Source of the DNA: Euprymna scolopes
Lineage: Eukaryota
Assembly: GCA_053919585.1 (NCBI GenBank)
Contig: CM132800.1
Reading direction: 5' to 3' (one strand)
Length of the DNA: 64,000 bases
The notes beneath the pieces were generated by a model, which made no database searches, was not told the origin of the DNA, and saw only the letters and a program-made list of their open reading frames with translations. The translations under genes and the position numbers were made by a program. Positions 1 to 13,655 of the stretch are shown in pieces (positions within the stretch are counted from its first letter, which is position 1; the number at the start of each line of letters is the position of its first letter).

Positions 1-1031
1 ATAATTGATTTTTGACACTTTATCATCAATGGCTTTTAACTGTTTTTTTTTTTACACAGGGAAGTATTTAGGGTAGAATTGTCATACATGGTCTCCAGGC
101 TATTAAAGTGCATTGTTACTTTTCTTTTATGTGTAGCCCGGTTTCGTTTAAATGACAGTAATTTTTCTCGTATCATTTCAATATTCATATCCTCGGGTTT
201 TTCTTCTCCCAGAAGGTTTTTAAGAGTTCCCTCCATGGTGACGTCTTCCTTAGCCATTTATTTTAGTAGGTATGAATAAGTACCGAAATTTGAATACAAA
301 GAAATAATTAATTTTAATATCCACGCGGGTAGAGTTTCGTCAAAACTCTTCTTTTTTTTTTTTACAAGTGCAATGAAATAACTTTGTTTTAATCCACGCG
401 GGTAGAGTTTCCTCAAAACACTTTTCTTTTTCTTTTTTACAAGTGCAAAGAAATAATTAATTTAATATCCCCGCGGGTAGAGTTTTTGTACGTTTTGAGC
501 GTCCCAAATTCACGTTTTATAAAACTCGAGTAAGTATGTTCCATAAAAGTTTTTTGAATATGTCATAGTATACCGTTAGTTTGGATCCAGAATAATAATT
601 TCTCTCTTGTGGAGTATCCATCCTTGAGGTAACTTGAGGTAATATCACTTGGAGAAGGTTCATTCCTCGTTGGTTATCCATATAAAATGCTATAGACGCG
701 AATACCACGATGTTAACTGTTTTGGAAATATGTTAGAAAAATTTTTTTTTTAACGCACCTCTCTTTTCTTGGTTCCTTGTTATCCGAACAACTTGGTTAA
801 TTTTGAGAAAGAATAACACAGTTGTTCTGGAGGAGTTTCTGATTGTTGCAGAAAAAGAGAGTAATTTCTGAGAAGTGCTCGCTGTAAATCTTTCTTTCTT
901 TTTTATTGTTGCAAGCAACTCCAGGTAATAGTGGGTAATTTGCATAAGTGGCTTTATGCAAATTACCTTACAAAGTTTGAGTACAAATAATTCTAACACC
1001 AAAACCCGTGGACCCCAACTGGATACCCGTC
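1..1031 (-). mobile_element. Possible 5' part of a BEL/Pao-type LTR retrotransposon (LTR 3' half ~712-1031, leader, start of gag), running off the window
   Basis: Minus-strand ORF 257->36 (..KLLSFKRNRATHKRKVTMHFNSLE..) resembles BEL/Pao Gag N-termini and stops next to a homopolymer run, so it is probably frameshifted. Upstream are a repeat-containing leader, a ...TAACA end followed within 3 nt by TGG (PBS-like, ~700-715), and AATAAA at ~903-908. Confidence 0.35.
290..490. repeat. ~74-bp tandem repeat, ~3 copies
   Basis: Core atcc(a/c)cgcgggtagagttt at ~319, ~392 and ~467, with shared flanks tttacaagtgcaa.gaaataa. Confidence 0.9.
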
Positions 1032-1196
1032 NNNNNNNNNNNNNNNNNNNNNNNNNNNNNNNNNNNNNNNNNNNNNNNNNNNNNNNNNNNNNNNNNNNNN
1101 NNNNNNNNNNNNNNNNNNNNNNNNNNNNNNNNNNNNNNNNNNNNNNNNNNNNNNNNNNNNNNNNNNNNNNNNNNNNNNNNNNNNNNNNNNNNNNNN
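1032..1196. other. Assembly gap
   Basis: Run of N. Confidence 1.
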
Positions 1197-1480
1197 AAGC
1201 ACACATACATATATACACATATACATACACACATACATACACACATACATACACACACGCGCACCAGCATACACACAATACATACACATTCAGACCATCC
1301 GCAGGCGCAGACAACATCCCCATCTACTCGTGTCTCCACATCTCCCCAAACGTATACAAGACACATACACATATAGATACCAACACAGACCACCGCATAC
1401 ACCCACATACACACACGCGCGCAGGGACACACAGAAACCCGCTCACTCACAACGCAGGAAAACCCAGCAATACATGCACA
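1197..1480. repeat. Degenerate CA/ACAT-rich microsatellite
   Basis: acacatacat-type low-complexity tract. Confidence 0.9.
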
Positions 1481-2260
1481 AATGCAAATACCTTTTTCAA
1501 TCAGGCACCTTATTATTATTGAGCACCTTAACTTTAATCTTAATTCACGTAAGCTTTTATTTATATTTTTAGATGAATCATATTGTGTCGAATAAATTCA
1601 CCTCATTAATTCACATTCTTATTAAAGTGAAAGCCTAAAAAAGTCGGAACTTTACATAATTATTGACACAAACTTTGCATAACTCGGTTTTTTTCTCCTC
1701 CACTTGCATGTGATACTCTTTCGAAAATAGATAAATAGATAAATAATAAAAAATAAGAACATTACTTGTTACTGTGTTAAAAGAAGAAAAAATCCTGCTA
1801 CCGTGATTACGTGTCTTTTTAAAAAAACATTTACACATCCTTTTTATTTTTATTCATATATCTATTTAAGCTTTTTTGTCAGTGTACTAGAAGGAATTCA
1901 GTTAATCACACCCCTTTCTGTGTGTTCTTTACATTACAATAGTACAACCGTGAATCCGACGGCGCAATACTATACCGTTGAATACTGTAAAACTGAAACG
2001 AAGCTGTTCTGCTTGAAAATGGCGCCATTTTCTTCTTATTCATATTCATATCGATTCCTTTCTTTAAAAAACTAAAGTATTACGTGTTTACTTTTTTAAT
2101 ATCCCATTTTGCTGTTTCGGATTATTTTACTAAAGTAAGTAAAGCTTCATTATTTTTCCAAACTGATTTTGTTTCTTTGTTTTTCGATATCTCGTCGATA
2201 TTATTAAGTAAGAGTGTTTAGCAGAAAAGCCAACAAACGACTACCTGAAAATTTAATATA

Positions 2261-2707
2261 CAAGAAATAAATGTTACCATAGTCAATAAAAGTTTAGTTC
2301 ATTTTTTTTTGTTTTGAAATAGTTTTTAATGCTCTTTACTTGAAATAATTTCAGCGAACCGAAATTAAAACGAAATTTAAGACGATAACTACTTAAATGA
2401 ATGTTTATATAAACTACACATGCCAAAATCGAATATTGCTCAAGCACAAAATACCGGAAAACATGAAAATATGTTTATAAACATTCCTTACGTTGACGGA
2501 ACTCTCTCAAATTGTTAACACGGAATGCTCAGGCGCCCTTCCTTCAAATTGAAAACGGGGCTCTCCATTTCAAAGTCACTGCTGTTTTATGTTTTTTAAA
2601 CCGGTTCATGAATTAAAAAAAAAATTACAAACTACTTAAAATACAAACCAATGAAATTTTCTACAACAAAAGTAACTTTTATTGACTATGGTAACATTTG
2701 TTTCTTG
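2261..2707. mobile_element. MITE with ~35-bp TIRs and TA flanks (Tc1/mariner-like target site)
   Basis: caagaaataaatgttaccatagtcaataaaa (from 2261) is the near-perfect reverse complement of ttttattgactatggtaacatttgtttcttg (ending 2707). TA lies on both sides and the interior is non-coding. Confidence 0.85.
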
Positions 2708-2991
2708 TATATTTATAATATTATATATATAACATTTTCTATTTGTAAGCAAACATTATTTTATTGGTCACTCTTGGCTAAGAATTGAAACAAAGTTTGT
2801 ATAAAAAATATATTTTCCCGAAAATTATCTTGACTTTCATCATATTTTGTTCAGGGTAAAATTTTTTGAGTATCAAAACCTATCTCTTTACAACCCCCCC
2901 TTTTACTAACATATTATACTTTCATCAATCGAAGTCCATTTTCTGTAGGTTGTTTTTGAATCCAGTTAACGACGGACACTTCTGCTTATAA

Positions 2992-3022
<31 letters not shown>

Positions 3023-4937
3023 CTGATCCAAAAAAAATGCAAAATTAACTGTCTAAACACTACAAGTTAGAATAAAATAAGTATTTCTATATCAAAACAA
3101 AATCATAAGTACAATAATACAAATATAGTATGATGAATGCCGTCGTGTTTACTGATCCATAAGGGTAGTCCTATGTGGTTCCGATTTCTGAACATCCAAG
3201 AAAGTTTAATGGTGTTTAATTGGTCGGTTCTACGATGACGTAGTTGATGCAAATCTCCTGTGTTTTCTGTCTCAACAGTGGCTCGCAGGTAAGAACACAA
3301 ATAAAAATAACGAATTAAAAACAAAGTGAACAACTCAAGTCTGGCTGGGTTGGTTGTCAGCTTCTCCTGCTTGTTGTTTCCTAATAAAAGTTACTCCAAT
3401 TAATAAATTATGTATACTAAACATGTTATTTCACAGCAAAAATATGGAATGTCCTGTTTTATCTTTCAACAAGCAGCCTGCCAAGACGGTGACTCAAAAG
3501 GGGCTTTTTCCCGACAACCTATCGTCTTCCTTCCATCACTTTATCTGCCGGTCATTGAACGGGGTGAAGGCGTAGCGAGGGTGATGGAGTCAACAGACAC
3601 GACTCTCAAATGTAAATGGAATTTTCTGTTCTTGATTTTGATGCACTGAGCATCATTTTCTTGAAAAAGGTGGCGGCGTAGGGTTTTACTAGTTTGGGTT
3701 CCTCGGTTATTCATCTTTATTAGGTAAAACTCGGATTTGCCCTGATTGGCTAAATTAGCCATATAAATTGTGCGTATTGAGTAAGTAATTTTCCACACAA
3801 ATTTTCTAGACACGCGAAATCCTGAAAATCTTAACCCAGAGCTTATATCTCAAACGAAACAACACTATCCGACACTATGTAACGGTTCTCGTCAGAAAAC
3901 AATATCATTATTAGTCATTTTTATTCTTGTATTTTGCGATTCCAACTAACAATTTGGAGCAACAAATCCGTTGCCTGTTACCCATGAGAGTTCACGTAAG
4001 AAAATTTCTAATTCAGCTCTAATTCATCCGTTACTGATATAATTTCTGATAATCATAAATGGATGGGTCATCAAAATGTAAGGAAACTGAACTTCCCATG
4101 AAAACAATGGTATCTTCGTGTCCCTCGCAGTTTTAAGATGAGTATATCCAAAAATTACGAAAATCGATTGAGTAGAAAATTATTTATTAAAGAAAATAAA
4201 AAAAATATAATTTGATGTAAACGACCGTAAGACACAGCAGAGTTTAAAAGGGAGGTGACCGAAATTTTTCAACTTTACACGATTAAAGTTTTTTGTTTTA
4301 TAGTTCAATAATATTCAGGTAATTGCATAATTTGAGAACTGCTATTGTACCTTATAAGGATTGATAAAAATGTTTTTTGTTAATCTGAAAACTCCATTTA
4401 TCGACTACAAAATCTCGACCCGATTCTGTAGAAGCGCCAAAAGTTATGCTAATTGTGATAGAAATAAATTGCATAATTTTTCTTCTGTAAAATACCCAAC
4501 GACAACATTTAAAGCTAAAAGGTCTTATGCACTAAATGTATTTTAGAGAATCATTATTAGGGATGAAATTCAACGTAAATCGTATATATTTAAGTTTTAA
4601 AATGTACTGGTTGCTTCTATAATATGTTCACTATACCTTTTTGAAATCTATCAACAACTATAGACTGGAAATGTACTTAATGGCAACTATTACACTAATT
4701 ATTCAACAATTTTAGTTATTAGTAACTAAAACTCATAAGGATCAGTTATTAGTTTTGTAGTGAATCATGTACATAGTAAAATAGAAATGCATACTTGTAC
4801 CTGTTTTTACATGATATATATATATATATATGTGTGTGTGTGTATGCGTGCGTGCATGTGTGTGTTTGTCTGTGTCTGTGGGTCTTTGTGTGTGTCTTTA
4901 TGTGTATGTATAAACATACAAATTACAAATGTATATT

Positions 4938-4975
<38 letters not shown>

Positions 4976-7900
4976 CTGTATATTATATAATTTCATATAA
5001 CGCATTAGAATGTTATAGCTAAAACCCACATATACTAAAACAAAAAGGCAAACCGTTCAATAGCCTGTTGCATTGTTCTTGACTTTGTGTTTATATTTTC
5101 CACTTATAAAGTGTAGTGTATTATTTAAGAAGTTTACAGAATAATATACATAATAATTAATCTAAAGATTGATCTGTTCTTTTAAAATAATTTAAATCCT
5201 ATATTGCGGCAGTGGTATTTCAGTTTAGTTAAATGGGAAATTGCTTTGAGCATTCTGCAATGGAGTGTACTAATCACGCAGTTAACATGCAGAGCTGATT
5301 TTATCATAGCAAGATCGATCAACCGAAATGAAGAAGGTGCTTGGCAGTGATTGCTTCAGGGTCGTTAATTATAGGTTTTGTTCTTTATGACAACGACTAA
5401 AAGTATATCTAGAACCAAAAATGGCAGAGTAAACTGGTCAGAAAATTTGCCTATTTCATAGATGTATTCAGTTGATACATCTATTTTCATTTAATAGTTT
5501 TTGCATGAATAACATATAAGTAGAAATAAACATTCAGTAGCGAAGCATGAGAATTAATTTTACATTTGATTCGTTGTAATAGTTTTTATATCTATTTCTG
5601 TGTTATTTCCATTTTGTGAATGTTTGTTCTAAGCCGTAATATTGGAATTTAACCATCTGTATCCGACGGGGACAATTTCTAGGGAATTCAAATCCATACG
5701 AGACCCTTTAATTGCATATATATCACGCGAGATAGTGTCGTTATATCACACAGGTTTTTAAAGGAACTGTTAATTAACGCTTTTCATCTCATGTATAACA
5801 GCTGTGATTTCCACATACACACACATATGGTACTGACTAGATTAAGTTCGTTTTGGGTGATCTAACATCATTGCATATGATTACGTAATTATATTATGTG
5901 TCGACGTAGTTTTGTCCAGTTGATTATTGAAATCAGACCACATCAGTCCTAGATATTGTTGTTGCCTGCAGATTTGCCAAGAGTGTCGTTTGCTTGTAAC
6001 AGTTCAAAAGCAAATTTTTTTGCAAGCAGAGCAATGATTCCTTATATATGTTGAGGATCTCTTGGATTGATTTTATAAATCGAAAGAAAACACCATTTTT
6101 AATTTACACAATCTTATTATATAATTTGTTATCACGTGGTTTATTTAAAGTGCACATCGTTGTACACAAGAGATATGTATATTTTCCTTTTTAATCTTAT
6201 GGAAGCATGATTTAGAAAGAAATGCTCACGTAATGAAAAAAAATAAAATGAATATATTTATTCTTGTTGAAATAAATAACTAATTAAGATACATATACAG
6301 CTACCACTAATGCAAAACTACCTTGCTAAATATTTTCTTCATCATTTTTAAAATCTCACCTCGTTTTATGCATTAAAGAGCTTCTATAACTGTGTTTTAC
6401 ACTCAAATTAAAAGTACTTGGTTGTAAATACACACCCATAAAGCTTAAATAAAACTATTTAATGTTCCTTTTAAAATAGTTTTAAATAAAATTCAAATAT
6501 TTGATTAAGCAATTAGTGAAAAGTGTAAACTTTAAACTTTAGAGTTCTTATATTTAAGATTGTTATTTTGAATTTTCACTCCTAATTTCCTTATTTTGTA
6601 CGCAAAGCAAAAATGTAAATATTTTTTTTTGTCATAAATTGCGTTTTTTATGTAGAATTATTGTTTAATTTGATGTGTTTTAATAGAATTTTTCAGGAAA
6701 GTTTTAGTAGGAAATAAACAATAATTTCTGGACGTACGTGTCAATGAGTTTACTGGAGGTCTAGACGTAATATATAGAGCATATATAAACTGAGCCGAAA
6801 TGTCGTCACGTACGAAGGTATCATAATTTAAAAATGAAAAATATACAGTTGAAAAAAGTGATCAAGCTGATAACTTAGCGAGGAATATAATTGAAAGATA
6901 ATTCTAAAATAATAAGCTACAAGCGTAACAAAAATAATATTTTCCCTTTCTCCTTTCCTGACGCATCTTTCACAGTATTGTCATAGTTTTTGGTGATATA
7001 AGTAGCAATCCATGATATTGTATTGTAAATTATCTATCCGTGCGACGCAAACATTTTTTATTACAAGTGTCGTTTGTCGAGGTGCTAATGTATATAATTC
7101 TGACAAAAGCATGTTTGATGATAGTAAGTCTGAGCTCTATCCTAACGGCTACTTGTGCAAGAGTGTACATGAAAAATTCCAATGCCATGGCGATAAAACA
7201 ATTAAAGGGCAACACGCATTCTAATGTATTGTCTTGCACAAATAGTTCGGATTTGCTAGAAGGATTGATACCAAAGTGTTAAATACAAGAGTAATATGTG
7301 TAAATACTGAATCATAAATTACAATTAATAAAGTGTCCCACCGGTACTTCCTATAAAGTTTATCAATTCTAGCTTTGTCCAATTCTTATTTAAAAATGAT
7401 TATTCCTGCCAATGCAAAATATCTCTAAAACCGAAAATGGCTGGAAATGTGTTTAATATCTAAAAAGAGTAATCTTTTTAGGAGATTGATACGTGTGCAT
7501 CAACGGGGGGAGTGTTCATCTATGAACTACTGGCGAACATATATACGTCCGTCCCAATAAAAATACGGTAGCAAAAGAAATACGTTAGCGAAGAGGAACA
7601 GAGAGAAATGTGTATTATATGATAGGCATGCTTTATATTACGTATTATTATTTTTGTCTTAATTGGGTTGTTCGTTAAATGAAACATTTCTCCATAATTT
7701 CTGACTTGTTAAAAAGTGAGACATCCGAAGTTTTCGATAGTTTTGTATTTTTTTTATGGATTATGTTCATTTCATTTATTTAATTATTTTTTATGTATGA
7801 TAATGGCAACAAATATCGATCGGAAAAGCCGGCTGGTTATGAATATTTTTAGATTGACAAATGTATCAAGTCATTCATATTGATGATCAATAAAACGAAA

Positions 7901-8558
7901 TTATTCAAACTTGCGTCCTACTGATTCTTTTCATTTTTCGGTTTTGCTCCATGCATGCAATGATTGCTTTAACATACAATTCATATTTAACATCAGTTTA
8001 TAATGTTCACAGGAGCTAGAATACCATTGCGAATGCCTGATCAATGCATAAGATAATTAGACAGAATTATATAGTTGTGCTTTTTTTAGTAGTACCCTGC
8101 AAAATATACATCCGTTGGCATTTATTGGGTTAAAATGTTTTCTTTAATTTTCAAGCATTATAAGTCGTTGAATTCTGGCATTCATTAATAGATATTTTAT
8201 GAGTGGTAATAAAAATGTGAGAGAAGAAATATATGTTTGAAGCCCAGTGGTCGTTGGTTTCCTTTTTTTTTAATTTTAACATAGTTACCGCCGAGGTGCA
8301 ATTTACGAAGAATATTAGCAGCATTAATCTCAATTCGTGAACATTAAGTCACACATTTAAATTTATTTCAATAATCTAAATATTATTAATGGTCTAATGA
8401 TCATAAGAAATCTGAAATTGCTAGCATCTTAAATATTAACCTGATACATTACTTACAGTTAAAAATCAATTATATTTAAACGAAAGTTTTACAACCACCA
8501 AGTAAATAACTTTCTAATACATTTACACTTCGGTCCTAAGTGAATCATTTTTAATATA

Positions 8559-8644
8559 TCATCATCATCATCATCATCATTATAAGCAGCAGTTACAGCA
8601 GCAGAAACAGCAGCAGAAGCAGCAGCAGAAGCAGCAGCAGCAGA
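8559..8644. repeat. Compound microsatellite (ATC)n + (GCA)n with GCAGAA interruptions
   Basis: Read directly from the sequence. Confidence 0.95.
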
Positions 8645-10063
8645 CTAAACCGTTCATCATGTCTGTATGCGTTATACTGTTTGTAGACATTTATTTACAA
8701 ATTAACGTCGACGCAGAAAACTATACGACTCTCCCTTCATGTTTTCATTGGTTACCCAACTCTGAACTGAATTTTATACGTCAAATACATTTTTTTATCA
8801 TAGAAATACAATTTAAATATTTTGTTTTTTTATCTTTTGTTTTGAACAATTCTGAGTCCAATTCTGAACTCGAATTAATGACTCAGGGCAAAAAATCGCC
8901 TTCTCACGATATCTGGATAGGAATCATCAATTCGACTCCAATATTTATAAGACTGGTATACTGGCTGGATGTCGATTTGAGTTCGACTATCAGCGTGATT
9001 AGACTCGAATATGTCCGAATTAACTATATAGTTCAGCTGATATTTGTCAAACTGATATTTTTTCTGCGATGATACGGGCATTTGCTGTGCGAAATAGACA
9101 TATTCACGGCGGTTAGATTAAAGATGAAAACCACTTTAAAAACAAACTAAAAGACAGCTAAAAAATAGAAGCCACTCACGAACATCATCTTAAACGTTGA
9201 ATTAATTTCAGCTTTTGAGAAAAAAAAGTATATAGAAAATATATTAAATTTAAAATGAAAATGGAGAAGCACAAAGAATATTAAAATGTAAGGTAATGAC
9301 CTGCTTCGTTACGTTTGAGAATCCTTTGGTGCGCATTATCAACGTTGTCTCGTCATAATAGTCATTAATCTGAACTGTTGCGAATATAAGTCTTTAATTA
9401 CATTTTATATTTGCATTCGAAGCTATTCATCTTCAACCATGTTTATAAATAAAGTGGGTTTTCATCATTCAAATTTAGAGAGCGTCTATATATGTAGGTA
9501 AATATTCTAATTGATTAAAATTGAAAGCATAAATAAATTGGTCATGAATAAAAGAATACATCTTTTGATGATAACAATTGTCTAGTATCAGCATCGCAAT
9601 ATTTTTACTCCACTTTTATTATAGTATATTTCAGATACAATTTCTTAAAACGTGACTAGCTTAAGTTCAGAATAAAATCACGATTTTCTTTTCACGGTTA
9701 ATTTAAAAAAATGTTTTGAACGCTGCTAACTCAATTTCTTTCACTACAGTTTGCAATTTGGAGACGGAATTGTTTTTGTTGAGATAAGTGATTTCAATTT
9801 TAATCATGCTTTTTATTTTAGATTTAAAATATTAATAACTCCATTTTATTTCTGTATTTAATTTGTGTATTTCTGTTTTATTAAATGCTAGCTTTTTTTT
9901 TCTCGTACATAAATGTTTATTTATCTACCGAGTTGATTGCAAAAATAGATTACGTATTGTACTCATTTTTAGTTCGTGTGAGGGGAATCTATCACCATAC
10001 TTTCCCTTAAACACGTCTGTTGGACTTTTATTAAGTACAATACATAATATTTTTTTTTAAATG

Positions 10064-13000
10064 GAGAGTAGAAAACGCATTGTGGATGCGTTATCGGCAG
10101 CTCCTGTTACTCTCGCTTCTTCTTATTTGTCCCTCAGTCCTCATTTTTTAATGAGTGATTTTTCTGACAAAGGGAGAAGAAAAAGCTGTTTTCTAGGTTG
10201 GCAGTATTTTGTGCGAACAGTTGGCAGAGATGGCGGAAATTTTCTGTTTCTATGTCTATCCTTGTAGCCATGTCACTAGTAAGGGTGCTGGAGGTAAACG
10301 TTTTGTCTGGGCTGACGTTATCCGCCTGATAGTCAGGGACCCGAACCTTGGATTAACCACCAAGGAGGCTGTCCTATCAGCAGGTGCAAAGTACTGGGGC
10401 TGCTATATTGCCATTTGGTGAATGGATTCTGGACCATGCAGTAGCTTCTGGTGGGGCCTCTCGATGCCATACTAGTGGGTAATTGTTACGGCTTTACCTT
10501 ATCATTAGCTACAAATAATAAAAAAAATTCTTCGTTTCTTTTTCTCTCTTAATTTCCCCTCTCTGTCCTGCTCTAAGTAAATCTGACGACCTAGTCCACA
10601 AATTTCAAAATTTCATCATGACAAGTTTCAAGAAAAAATACACGATTAAACCCGGTTCTCCAACTTCCAACGTAGACCCCTACTACCATGTCTCCTTCTC
10701 CAACATCAGGGGTCGACGTTCTAACCTTCCAGAGGTTGACACCCAATTACAGGAGACTAAACCAGACCTTTTATTTTTAAGTGAAACTGGCATTGGACAG
10801 GCTATTTCCCTAGAAGAGTTTGCAATTAAAGGATACTCTAACTTAACTTCTAAATCTGACCCCCAAATCGCCATGGGCATGGAATATGTGCCTATATTAA
10901 AAATAGCTTTCCATGTGGTAGGGACATCTCCAGGGAAGATTCTAACTTACCCTATATGTGCTTCCGGGTTGCTTTAGCTCACACTACGGCATTTTTATTT
11001 ACTCTCTATCCCCCACAAAGCGGAGTTACTATCTTTTAAAGCATATCTGAGAAAGTTGACCAAGTTCTATCTGCTTATCCTTCAGCTAACATTTACGTAT
11101 GTGGAGACTTCAATGTTCACAACGTCGAATGGTTGACCCACTCAAACAAGACCGATGATGAGGGGAGGTTCTGTGATGATTTCTCCATTGCCTATGACCT
11201 CACTCAGATTGTTCAGGAACCCACCCGTGTGCCCGACAATGACGGCCAGTATGCGAGCCTACTAGACCTTTTTCTCACAACTTGCCCTGAACTATGTTCA
11301 GTTTCTGTTCTGTCGCCTCTTGGATCTTCCGACCACTCTGTTGTATCAATTAAGATAAAAATGAAATGCAATACGTCCCCAGACGTACCTCTCCATCGTA
11401 CAGTATATCGATACACTAAGGCTGACTGGGATAGCTTCCGTACATTTATAACTGATCTACCTCTGCATTCCATATTTTAAAAGGATGTGTCCTCTATAGT
11501 ATTAGACCTTACGGAATGGTTAATTGTAGGTATTGATCGTTTCATACCCTCGAAAAAGTTTCAGCAAAAACCTAACAGCCAGCCATAGTTCTCTCCAGAA
11601 TGTGCTGCTGCCATTGCGCACAGAAATCACTTTTTCCACTGTTTCCAACGTAATAGATGTATGGAAACTAAAGCCGCTTTCAGGACGGCCAGCAAACACT
11701 GTAAGCAAGTAATAAAGAGCTCAAGATGGTTGTATGCTCAATCTGTTAAGTCCAAAGTAGCTGAACAGCGGCTTGGTTCCCACCAGTTTTGGCAAATAGC
11801 AAACAGAATTCTGAACAGAAGCGTGTGCTCAATCCCAACTATCATCAATGGACCTGAGGTAATCTCGTCAGCATCAGACAAAGCCAAACTCTTTGTCAAG
11901 AACTTTGCAGCTAATTCTACCTTTTGCGATCAAGGCCGCTAACCCCCAATATTTCCTCCTGTATCTGAAAACACACTATGTGATATACGGATATCTGTAC
12001 GTGATGTTGCCAAGCTAAGCAAAAACCTTGATTCCAGTAAAGCAACTGGCCCGGACGGTATTCCAATTATAGTACTCAAAAAACTTCAACCTGAACTAGC
12101 GCCCATACTTACAAAACTATTTAAACGTTGTCTTAAGGAGAATAGTTTCCCATCTCCCTGGAAAATTTCATCAGTATGCCCTGTATTTAAGAATTCAGGT
12201 GATCGCTCATCCCCCTCTCAGTACAGGCCAATAAGTCTCCTGTGCGTCATGAGTAAGTTGCTGGAATTTGTGTTAAATACAGAAGTAATCAACCATCTCA
12301 ACAAAAATAACCTTCTTAGTGAAACTCAATATGGTTTCCGTTCTGCTAGATCTACAGCAGATGTGCTTACAGTTATATCTCATAGGATTAGCAAATCGCT
12401 CGACGGAGGCAACCTTTCCAGGGCAATTGCTCTTGACATATCTAAGGCCTTTGATAGGGTTTGGCATAAAGGTTTACTTCATAAGATCTCTAGCTATGGT
12501 ATAGCTGGAAATGTCTTCTCAATTATTAAACCATTTCTTTCTGATAGGTTCATAAGAGTAGTAGTTGAGGGGCAAAAATCAGAAGCCCACAGTATTAATG
12601 CCGGTGTCCCGCAGGGGTCCATCCTGGGCCCAACTCTTTTTCTGATCTACATTAATGATCTTCCAAATCACATCCTTACATCAGTTGTAGACATTTATGC
12701 TGACGACACTACCATTTATAGTAGCACATCTAAGACAGTAAACGACCAAGTTCTCTCCAATTCTCTCTCCTCTGATCTTGAGCATGTAGTACAATGGGGA
12801 AAGGAGTGGCTGGTTACTTTTTATGCATCTAAAACCAAGCTTCTCTCTTTACGTCATCAACATTCTGATCCCCATCTAGCATCAATTGAAATGAATGGCT
12901 CTCGTCTTCAGGAGGCCTCAAGTTTTGACAAGCTTCTGGGCTTGACCATTACTCCTGATCTGAAATGGAACACGTACATCAAATCTGTTGCTAAGGCCGC

Positions 13001-13655
13001 TGGAAAAATGGTGGGATCTTTCTATCGATCCAGTAGATATCTCACTGCTGATACAATTCTCTATTTATATAAGAGCCAGGCACGTCCAAGGATGGAATAC
13101 TGTTGCCACATCTGGGCAGGAGCTGCTAAAGGACTTGTCCTGCCTTGATAGAGTTCAAAATAGACTTCGTAGCCTCGTAGGAGATGTCCTTTTCTCTTCC
13201 TTGCAACCTCTATCTCACAGAAGAGATGTTGCGAGTTTGTCTCTGATGTATCGTTATTTTTATGGAAAGTGTTCGACTGAGCTTCAATCTATGGCCCCCC
13301 TTGCAAAACTTTCACAAGAAACACTCGTCTAGCTGTAAACACTATCAATAATTCCCCCCACTCTTTATCTGTGCCTAAACCTAAACGTAGATTCCATGAA
13401 CAAAGCTTTTTTATTAGAACTGCACGCCTGTGGAATTGTCTTCCGTTTTCCTGGTTTCCGGCTGACTACAATATGGTTGTCTTCAAGTCTAACGTAAATA
13501 AGTTCTTGATGAGTCGTTCCATATAAGTTATCAAATTTAACAAATTTTTATTACTAATGATTATGATATGTTCCAATTTCTACTGTACACTCTTTAACCC
13601 TTATCATTGAGTGGCCTCTTGGCCTTGATAATGAGTTGATACCTATGAAAAAAAA
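10064..13655 (+). mobile_element. Near full-length CR1-group non-LTR retrotransposon (LINE A): structured leader, EN-RT ORF, 3' stem-loop, A-tail
   Basis: APE endonuclease motifs (SNIRG, LSET, GDFN, LLDLFL, SDHS) and RT motifs (QYGFR, ALDISKAFDRVWH, GVPQGSILGP, IYADD, MEYCCHIW). A-tail at 13648-13655. The 5' boundary is inferred from the start of structured, GC-richer sequence. Confidence 0.92.
10618..13526 (+). pseudogene. Disrupted APE endonuclease-reverse transcriptase ORF of LINE A
   Basis: Collinear ORF fragments 10618-10977, 11133-11480, 11661-11942, 12249-13148 and 12988-13332, separated by stops and frameshifts. Confidence 0.93.

Noticed and set aside
733-1572. Long ORFs in the ORF track (also 14595-14885 and 41117-41560)
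   Set aside because: They read through N-gaps and CA/TA microsatellites, so they are artefacts.
8585-8644. Poly-Gln/poly-Ala coding exon
   Set aside because: No supporting ORF or splice context; it is adjacent to an ATC microsatellite.
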